From a virus, in the IMG/VR virus record IMGVR_UViG_3300047160_020099, positions 1-64,000 of that record: a stretch of 64,000 nt of DNA; one strand, given 5' to 3'. Positions 9,501 to 16,030 of the stretch are shown piece after piece. How positions within the stretch are numbered: the first letter of the stretch is position 1; every line of letters begins with the position of its first letter. The notes below the pieces were generated by a model. That model made no database searches. It had not been told where the DNA came from and saw only the letters and a list, made by a program, of their open reading frames with translations. The translations under genes and the position numbers were made by a program.

Positions 9501-10250
9501 ATGTTCAACGGACTGAATCCAGAGCTTATCACGATGGGCCTGCATGCTGTGAGGCGCCGCGAGAAAAGCGGTTTTGTTCCATCGGATGCTGTTGCAGGCG
9601 GACAGCCAGGCGGTGGCGGCGGCGATCCATCAGGTGGTGCTGGTGGCCCTCCGCCTGACCCGTCTGGTGGTGGAGGTGGCGGTCCACCGCCTGACCCGTC
9701 TGGTGGTGGAGGCGGTGGCGGTGGGCCCGGTCCTGGCGGCGTTGACCTTATGTCTGCGTTGCCGCAGATGATCCAACAGCAGATCCAGCAGGCTCTTCAA
9801 CAGAGTGGCATGGTGGGGCAGCCTGGTGTTGCTGGGACTGGTGGCGCTGGCAAGCCACCCAAGCCTGACATCAACACCGTGGCCATGGACCTCTTCCAGC
9901 TCAAGAAGATGTTCCTGCACTTCCTGAAGGTGCAAGGCATCGACCTGCCACCTGACATTCTCGATGGGCCGAACCGCGATCCGTCTACCGGTATGCCGAC
10001 GCCGCCTGACCCGACAGGTGGCATTGGTGGTGCTGGTGGTGGCGGTGGTGGCAATGGTGCTGGTCCTTCCAGTGCCATCAGCCCGGTCCAGCCGATGCAG
10101 GCTGCGTTCCCGACACCGCCAGGTGGTCAGGCCAAGGCGGGTGCGGTCATGCAGCCGCGGGTTGGTGAGGAGATCAACGGCCACAAGATCCTCTCGAAGG
10201 CTGCGGCCGTGGCTCGGATGTGCCGTCAACGAGCAGGGAGTAGCTCGTGA
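9501..10250 (+). CDS. Gly/Pro-rich low-complexity protein
   Basis: 249 aa; PPPDPSGGGGGG repeats around a short helical core. Confidence 0.75.
   Translation: MFNGLNPELITMGLHAVRRREKSGFVPSDAVAGGQPGGGGGDPSGGAGGPPPDPSGGGGGGPPPDPSGGGGGGGGPGPGGVDLMSALPQMIQQQIQQALQQSGMVGQPGVAGTGGAGKPPKPDINTVAMDLFQLKKMFLHFLKVQGIDLPPDILDGPNRDPSTGMPTPPDPTGGIGGAGGGGGGNGAGPSSAISPVQPMQAAFPTPPGGQAKAGAVMQPRVGEEINGHKILSKAAAVARMCRQRAGSSS
9651..9712 (+). repeat. Direct repeat with 36-nt period (coding PPDPSGGGG)
   Basis: ccgcctgacccgtctggtggtggagg at 9651 and 9687. Confidence 0.8.
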
Positions 10251-10492
10251 TCGTCGAGAGTCACAATGGCTTGCACGATCCGTTGAAGGTGCCGGCTACC
10301 CGGGTCCTTGTAACTGGCGACGACGGTACGCCGATCTGCCTAGTAGTGGAATACTCGAAATTACCCCACCCCTGGGTACGAGTCTTTCGTGTCGGGGACA
10401 AGGATTTCAACGAGCAGCTTCATCATCACGGCATCAACAAGACGGTGACGGTCACAAAGATGGCAGGGCAGGGACTGCACTTGCCGGGGTGA
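10247..10492 (+). CDS. Hypothetical protein
   Basis: 81 aa; GTGA overlap with the upstream stop; GGGAG RBS. Confidence 0.7.
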   Translation: MIVESHNGLHDPLKVPATRVLVTGDDGTPICLVVEYSKLPHPWVRVFRVGDKDFNEQLHHHGINKTVTVTKMAGQGLHLPG

Positions 10493-10496
10493 GACA

Positions 10497-12404
10497 ATGC
10501 TGCACGTGACGGCCGGACAACTTGCGGTGAATTCAGTCCTGCCGGAAGACTTGAGGGACTACAACCGGACTCTGGACAAGAAGGGTCTTGAGAAGCTTCT
10601 TCAAGCCGTTGCAGACAAGTACCCAGAAAAATACCGCCAGGTCGTTCATGACCTCTCTCGGCTCGGCTACCACACCGCCTATCTGACCGGTGGCAATTCC
10701 TTCGGCCTTTCCCACCTGCGACAGTCCATGGCCGGTCATAAGGCCCAGGTAGAACTGGAAGATGCTGTCTCCAAGATCTACACGGACCCTACGCTGAAGG
10801 GTCGTGAGAAGGACATGCGGGTTGTGGAGTTGTTGCTGGGCAAATCCAAGGACCTGGAAGACCAGACCTACAAGGAAAGTCTGGCCGAGAACAACCCCTT
10901 CGCTCACCAGGTCCTGTCTGGTGCCCGCGGCAACCCAACCAACCTCCGTTCGTTGCGGGCCGGCGACCTTCTTTACGTTGACCACCACGACAACCCGATA
11001 CCCGTGCCTGTGCTGCACAGCTATTCCCACGGGCTGAGCCCGGTCGAGTATTACGCCAGCACCTTCGGCGCTCGCAAGGGTGTGATCGACGTCAAGTTTG
11101 CCACGCAGGACGCTGGGGCTTTCTCCAAGAATCTCAACCAGATCGCACACCGACTCATCGTCGTCGCACCTGACAACGAAAAAGACCCCACCACAGTCCG
11201 CGGCCTGCCTGTCGAGACTGAAGACCCTGACAACGAAGGTGCTTTGCTGGCCAAGCCAGCCGGCGGCTACCCGCGCAACACGATGCTCACGCCCAAGATC
11301 CTTGGCGATCTCAAGGAAAAGGGCGTGATGAAGCTCCTGGTGCGTAGCCCGATGGTCGGCGGACACGAGACTGGCGGACTGCTGGCCAGAGATCTCGGCT
11401 ACCGAGAGCGTGGTGGTCTGCCTCCTGTAGGCGACTATGTGGGTATCGCTGCCGCACAGGCCCTGTCAGAGCCATTGAGTCAGGCACAGCTGTCGTCCAA
11501 GCACTCGGCCGGCGTTGCGGGAGCTGCCAAGGGTGTTTCTGGCTTCAAGCTGGTCAACCAGCTCGTTCAGGTTCCCAAGACTTTTCGCGGTGGTGCCGCA
11601 CATGCCCAGAAGGACGGACGCGTACAGTCGGTTGAGCCTGCTCCCCAGGGCGGTAACTACGTGACTGTGGACGGGACCCGTCACTATGTTGCTCAGGGCT
11701 TCGAGGTCACTGTGAAGCCCGGCCAGACTGTTGAAGCCGGTGACCTCCTGTCCGAAGGCATCCCCAACCCCTACGAGATCACCAAGCACAAAGGGAACGG
11801 CGAGGGCCGGCGTTACTTCACGGACGCCTTCCGCAAAGCCTTTGCGGACGCCGGCATCGGTGCCCATCGGAGGAATATTGAAATACTCGCGCGTGGCCTC
11901 ATTGATCATGTTCGACTCGCCGACGAGTTCGAACAGTACCAGCCCGGTGATGTAGTCTCCTACTCGCGGCTGGAACACCATTACAAGCCGCGGGACGGCT
12001 ATGACGTGGTGGAGCCGAAGCGTGCCCTGGGCATGTATCTGGAAGCACCAGTCTTGCATTACACGATTGGCACTAAGGTCCGCCCAAGCGTGGTCCAGAA
12101 CCTGGCCGACTTCAGCGTGCCGAGCATTGCCGTACACAAGGACCCACCGCCCTTCGAGCCTGAAATGATCCGTGGTATGGATACGATGTCCCATGACCCC
12201 GACTGGATGACCCGTTTCCTGGGTTCCTACCTTCAGAAGAACCTCTTGAAAGGTACCTACCGGGGTGACGTGTCCGACGAAGCTGGCACGAGCTACGTGC
12301 CGCCGCTCGCCCACGCTGTCGAGTTCGGCCACAAAGGCCTCACAAAGGGCTGGAAACTCGAAGACGTCAAGAAAATGCCCTCCTCTTCCATCATGTCTGA
12401 CTGA
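10497..12404 (+). CDS. rpoC: Phage RNA polymerase beta' C-terminal part
   Basis: SGARGN; bridge helix GLSPVEYYASTFGARKGVIDVKFATQDAG; trigger loop VGIAAAQALSEPLSQAQLSSKHSAG; HRRNIEILAR. Confidence 0.93.
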   Translation: MLHVTAGQLAVNSVLPEDLRDYNRTLDKKGLEKLLQAVADKYPEKYRQVVHDLSRLGYHTAYLTGGNSFGLSHLRQSMAGHKAQVELEDAVSKIYTDPTLKGREKDMRVVELLLGKSKDLEDQTYKESLAENNPFAHQVLSGARGNPTNLRSLRAGDLLYVDHHDNPIPVPVLHSYSHGLSPVEYYASTFGARKGVIDVKFATQDAGAFSKNLNQIAHRLIVVAPDNEKDPTTVRGLPVETEDPDNEGALLAKPAGGYPRNTMLTPKILGDLKEKGVMKLLVRSPMVGGHETGGLLARDLGYRERGGLPPVGDYVGIAAAQALSEPLSQAQLSSKHSAGVAGAAKGVSGFKLVNQLVQVPKTFRGGAAHAQKDGRVQSVEPAPQGGNYVTVDGTRHYVAQGFEVTVKPGQTVEAGDLLSEGIPNPYEITKHKGNGEGRRYFTDAFRKAFADAGIGAHRRNIEILARGLIDHVRLADEFEQYQPGDVVSYSRLEHHYKPRDGYDVVEPKRALGMYLEAPVLHYTIGTKVRPSVVQNLADFSVPSIAVHKDPPPFEPEMIRGMDTMSHDPDWMTRFLGSYLQKNLLKGTYRGDVSDEAGTSYVPPLAHAVEFGHKGLTKGWKLEDVKKMPSSSIMSD

Positions 12405-12416
12405 AAACAGCTCCGC

Positions 12417-12450
12417 TAAATTTCCAACTTCAACGTGTCACTATTACATG
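12417..12450 (+). promoter_or_regulatory. Phage promoter-like motif P1
   Basis: TAAA-N14-GTGTCACTATTACATG. Confidence 0.7.
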
Positions 12451-12509
12451 GAAGTCTCCTAGAGAGTCTGGGAGGCAACAGTTTCGAAACCCTCTTACAG
12501 GAGGTCGCC

Positions 12510-13472
12510 ATGAAATACTTGGCGGGTAGGAATCGCGATCGGCTGTTGGCCCAGTTGCGGGCCGAGATCGCGTTGCCGGCCAACACCGGCAAGGGGTTCG
12601 GCACGGTCGAGACCGTGTGGGGCCGCCAGACCATCGGCGTGGGTGACGGGGCCCTGCTGGCCCTGAACTACGTCGGCCCCCCGGGGACCTCGGCCGCGAT
12701 GGCGCCCAACTACGGGCATCCCGAGCGGCTGGCCATCATCGGCCTCGGGCCGCACTTCGACATGAACGTCCTGGTCGGCGCCCTCGCCCTCAACGGGCGC
12801 AAGCCGCCCGCCCACCAGTCGTTGTACGAACTGTTGGCATTTGTGGACCAGGAGGGTCTGCACAAGATCGGCACGGCCACGCGACCGAGATGGGAGACCG
12901 TGGACCTGGACATCTACAACGCCTTTCGGGTGTGGTCCCGGGCCAACCGCTTTCCGTCGCTGCCCAGCGACGGCACGCCGGTGGACGCGACGAGCCACAT
13001 GGAGGCGGCAACGACCGCGTTCAACACGGCGACGGCCCGCGACGCTGTCATGATCGAGTCCGGTCGGCGGCTCGTGGCCGACGAGGCCCGGCTGAATGGA
13101 GAATCGTACGTCCGGACCTACGGACGAACGATTCTCCGGCGGTCGCCGGAGTTCGTCAACGGTCTCTACGCGGAACCCGGGGGCACGCCCCGGGATGCCT
13201 GCGTGGCCATCAACCCCGACAAGGGGACGGTCATGATCACCGTGCCGTTCCCGATCGCCCGCCGGTACCCCAACATCAGCTGCGCGAGCCTCGCAACGCA
13301 GTTGTGGGGCTCGCGGGCGACGGGCCGCGAGGACGTGGCCAACTCGCCGCAGGGACAGCTCCTGAATGAGTCCCACGCGGAACAGGCCGCCGTGGAGCTG
13401 GACCGTCAGCTCCAGATGGCCAGCGGGGTCACGCCCACCTCCGCCGGGGCGCCCACCACGGCCGGGGCCTGA
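12510..13472 (+). CDS. Hypothetical protein, possibly a degenerate DHH/DHHA1-like fold
   Basis: ATG after AGGAGG; GC visibly higher than its neighbours; weak resemblance to phage DHH-like proteins (recalled, not searched). Confidence 0.6.
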   Translation: MKYLAGRNRDRLLAQLRAEIALPANTGKGFGTVETVWGRQTIGVGDGALLALNYVGPPGTSAAMAPNYGHPERLAIIGLGPHFDMNVLVGALALNGRKPPAHQSLYELLAFVDQEGLHKIGTATRPRWETVDLDIYNAFRVWSRANRFPSLPSDGTPVDATSHMEAATTAFNTATARDAVMIESGRRLVADEARLNGESYVRTYGRTILRRSPEFVNGLYAEPGGTPRDACVAINPDKGTVMITVPFPIARRYPNISCASLATQLWGSRATGREDVANSPQGQLLNESHAEQAAVELDRQLQMASGVTPTSAGAPTTAGA

Positions 13473-13550
13473 TCGTCGAATTCGCCGGCCACTTGCCCAC
13501 CACCGCGGCCGGCGCCCGTACGTGCCCCACTTGGAGTGGGGCAAAGAGGG

Positions 13551-13591
13551 GGACCCGGTATGCTGCCCCAGCAGCGTACCGGGTCTTTTTT
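13551..13591 (+). terminator. Intrinsic terminator
   Basis: GACCCGGTATGCTGC/GCAGCGTACCGGGTC stem followed by a T run. Confidence 0.85.
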
Positions 13592-13596
13592 AGCTA

Positions 13597-13629
13597 TAAA
13601 ACCACTCATTGTTGTGGCATTATTATGTG
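13597..13629 (+). promoter_or_regulatory. Phage promoter-like motif P2
   Basis: TAAA-N13-GTGGCATTATTATGTG. Confidence 0.7.
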
Positions 13630-13688
13630 ACATGGGTAACCCTGCCAAAGCGGCGGGAACCCGTCCCTCTGATAGAAGGAGTCAAGAC

Positions 13689-14132
13689 GTGGTGGAAATC
13701 CGTGACCCTCTCCAGCGCCATTTCGTGGCACTGGTGGAGGAAGGTCGTCTGCTGACCGAACGGGTCAGTAAGGCGACTGAGGTAGCCGAGCGGATTGCTC
13801 GGCTGGAGCAGGAGCTTGCCGAGGCGAAGAAGGAACTCGGCGAGTTGGTCCAGCCGGCAGTGACGCCGGCCAAGATTTCGTCGGCCCTGGCGGACGCCTG
13901 TCAGGGGAAGACGGGTCCGCAGCCAGGAAACCTGCGGTGGGCGATCTTGCGTGAGCTGAGGGAAAGGGGACCGCTCACTTCCAGGCAAGTCTTTCACAAC
14001 TTGCGTAGGGAGTTCAAGGCCAAGTTGCGTGGCGAGAAACCCCAGCAGCGGATCTACAGTGAGCTCTACCAGCTGAAAAACGTCGGACAGATCGTCCGAG
14101 AGGACGACGGGAGCTACGCTCTCGTCGAGTGA
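13689..14132 (+). CDS. Coiled-coil plus winged-helix putative DNA-binding protein
   Basis: GTG after AAGGAG; heptad region then LRWAILRELRERGPLTSRQVFHNL...IYSELYQLKNVGQIVREDDGSYAL, a wHTH pattern. Confidence 0.65.
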   Translation: MVEIRDPLQRHFVALVEEGRLLTERVSKATEVAERIARLEQELAEAKKELGELVQPAVTPAKISSALADACQGKTGPQPGNLRWAILRELRERGPLTSRQVFHNLRREFKAKLRGEKPQQRIYSELYQLKNVGQIVREDDGSYALVE

Positions 14133-14140
14133 TATCGACA

Positions 14141-14179
14141 GGCGGGTCCGGACTCTGTTCCGGACCCGCCCGTCTCTTT
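14141..14179 (+). terminator. Hairpin terminator
   Basis: 12-bp perfect stem GGCGGGTCCGGA/TCCGGACCCGCC followed by a pyrimidine tail. Confidence 0.75.
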
Positions 14180-14185
14180 AACTAC

Positions 14186-14219
14186 TAAATCCCACCCCTT
14201 TATGTGTCACTATGTAGTG
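14186..14219 (+). promoter_or_regulatory. Phage promoter-like motif P3 (no downstream ORF)
   Basis: TAAA-N14-GTGTCACTATGTAGTG. Confidence 0.65.
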
Positions 14220-14272
14220 ACAATCGCATAGGCCTTCCCCTTTGGGGAAGTCCTTCAGCTACCTATCAGTAT

Positions 14273-14306
14273 TAAATTCAGCTGAAATCGGTGGCATTCT
14301 TTAATG
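14273..14306 (+). promoter_or_regulatory. Phage promoter-like motif P4
   Basis: TAAA-N14-GTGGCATTCTTTAATG, immediately followed by the GAGGAG RBS. Confidence 0.7.
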
Positions 14307-14319
14307 AGGAGAATTACGG

Positions 14320-14871
14320 ATGCATGTTCTCGTGACTGGACCTTCGGGAGCCGGAAAATCTACCTTCGCTCAGACCCTGGCGAAGGTACGAGGTTTGCCC
14401 GTCTGCAACCTCGATCGGGATACTGTCTGGCGGCAGTACGTGGACGAGGACAAGGACGCGTTCCGCCGGCTGATCATGCGGCAGGACCCGGCCTCCCGTG
14501 AATACGCCAGGCTCAAAGAGGCGCAGGAGGAGGTGGTCAACCGGGCGCTCAAGCAGGGACCCTCGATCATCGAGGGCTGTCAGCTTCTGGCGTTCCCGAT
14601 GCTGACTCGTCTCTATGAGACATTCCTGCTGACGCCGCCAATGCCTGTAGTTCTTGCCCAGAGGATGGAGCGCAAGAAGCGGCACAGAGTCGAGCGTGGT
14701 GAACCTCCCATGGCCAGGGAGGAGGAAGAGCGCGCTGCGGAGTTTTCGGCAGCGCTATACCGCTCCATGGAAAAGGAGGTGGCGAGCTTCAAGCAGCGAC
14801 CTGGAGTCACGGTGATCTACTCGCCGCGATATGTCGCTGCAAGAATGCGGGCTCGTCCTGAAGGTGCGTAA
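14320..14871 (+). CDS. P-loop nucleotide/nucleoside kinase-like protein
   Basis: N-terminal VLVTGPSGAGKST Walker A; IIEG strand; LAQRMER lid. Confidence 0.8.
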   Translation: MHVLVTGPSGAGKSTFAQTLAKVRGLPVCNLDRDTVWRQYVDEDKDAFRRLIMRQDPASREYARLKEAQEEVVNRALKQGPSIIEGCQLLAFPMLTRLYETFLLTPPMPVVLAQRMERKKRHRVERGEPPMAREEEERAAEFSAALYRSMEKEVASFKQRPGVTVIYSPRYVAARMRARPEGA

Positions 14872-14893
14872 GGTCTTACTGCGTAGGTAGGAC

Positions 14894-14907
14894 AGTATTG
14901 CAATACT
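14894..14907. promoter_or_regulatory. Palindrome copy 2
   Basis: AGTATTGCAATACT, intergenic. Confidence 0.8.
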
Positions 14908-14935
14908 CGTGGAATTTGTGGAAAGGATGGCGCGT

Positions 14936-15175
14936 ATGGCCGACGAAGACGACGGTATGTACAAGTTCAAGGTTTACACGGAAGAAACGGTTGCCAAGGT
15001 AGGCATTGAGAGTCCCCCCATGGGGCCCGGCTTCACGCCGGAACAGCTGCAGGGGGCAACCTTGATGGAAGTCTGGGGCACTCTTGCAAGCGCGAAAGGC
15101 CCCGACCGGACGGAGTTCCGGTTGTTCGACAAGGAAGGACGGCTCAAGGCCGTCCGAGAGGTGAAAGGATATTGA
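14936..15175 (+). CDS. Hypothetical protein
   Basis: ATG after AAAGGA; 79 aa. Confidence 0.65.
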   Translation: MADEDDGMYKFKVYTEETVAKVGIESPPMGPGFTPEQLQGATLMEVWGTLASAKGPDRTEFRLFDKEGRLKAVREVKGY

Positions 15176-15176
15176 C

Positions 15177-15332
15177 GTGACGCAACGTGAGAAGAGTCAG
15201 AGAATCGTAACCTACACGACGTGCGGCATGCTGTCGCTCGTCGTGTCGGTGTTTTTCCCGCCTGCATTCTTCATGACCATGGCCTGCTTCGTTGGGCTGA
15301 TGGCCATGGTGGGGACAACGCCCACCAAGTAA
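15177..15332 (+). CDS. Small two-helix membrane protein (51 aa; not in the ORF track)
   Basis: GTG after AAAGGA; MTQREKSQRIVTYTTCGMLSLVVSVFFPPAFFMTMACFVGLMAMVGTTPTK; ends just before a hairpin. Confidence 0.6.
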   Translation: MTQREKSQRIVTYTTCGMLSLVVSVFFPPAFFMTMACFVGLMAMVGTTPTK

Positions 15333-15339
15333 ACCAACA

Positions 15340-15365
15340 AGGCCGGCTCCTTCGGGGGCCGGCCT
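15340..15365 (+). terminator. UUCG hairpin, probable terminator
   Basis: AGGCCGGCTCC-TTCG-GGGGCCGGCCT. Confidence 0.65.
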
Positions 15366-15475
15366 CGCCCTTTCATGGCTTTCTTTTAGTTGTGGGATTA
15401 TAGTGAAAGCAGCCCGACAGGCACCTGGACGTGCCCATCGGGCCTGACCGATACCGATCTTGTAGGGAGACCGAT

Positions 15476-16030
15476 ATGGCTATGACTGAAGCTAGCCGAA
15501 AGGCTCGTCGCGATCAATGGCGTCGCGATGGTCGTTGCACGATGTGTGGCCGTGACCCGATTCCAGGTCGCAGGCTGTGTCCACGCTGTACTAAGTACCA
15601 CCGCAAGCTCAGAGCTAAACGAGCCGCTGCTGGCATTTGTAAACGCTGTGGCGGGATAGTTGCCGAGGGTCATATTCATTGCCAGGATTGTCTCAGGAAG
15701 GTACGGGAAGACAATCAAGCAGTCAGAAGGGAAGTCATTGCGGCATACGGTGGCACGTGTGCCTGTTGTGGCGAGCCGGAGGAAGATTTTCTCCAAATCG
15801 ATCACATTCATGATGACGGTGCTGAACATCGGCGGCAGATAGGTGGAGGGGGAGCCATCTATCGATGGTTGAAACGTCACGGCTTCCCCAAAGACAGGTT
15901 CCAGCTGCTTTGTGCCAACTGTAACTACGCCAAGGAATTTTACGGCAGCTGTCCACACCAAAGGACTGGCACGGAGATAAGAGAACATGCAAGGCTCAAC
16001 AGATGTGCTGGAAAGAAACCGGCTGCGTGA
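15476..16030 (+). CDS. HNH homing endonuclease with N-terminal Cys repeats
   Basis: YGGTCACCGE...LQIDHIH...FQLLCANCN; two CxxC..CxxC units. Confidence 0.85.
   Translation: MAMTEASRKARRDQWRRDGRCTMCGRDPIPGRRLCPRCTKYHRKLRAKRAAAGICKRCGGIVAEGHIHCQDCLRKVREDNQAVRREVIAAYGGTCACCGEPEEDFLQIDHIHDDGAEHRRQIGGGGAIYRWLKRHGFPKDRFQLLCANCNYAKEFYGSCPHQRTGTEIREHARLNRCAGKKPAA

Noticed and set aside
3591-12404. Cellular rpoB-rpoC operon
   Set aside because: There are no flanking ribosomal protein genes, the sequence is strongly diverged, and it is embedded among phage head and tail genes.
12495-13544. Long minus-strand ORF (349 aa)
   Set aside because: Antisense shadow of a high-GC plus-strand gene that has an RBS, promoter motif and terminator.
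15437-15478. RBS-sequestering hairpin at HNH 15476
   Set aside because: Only about 5 bp of pairing (ATCGG/CCGAT); too weak to call.
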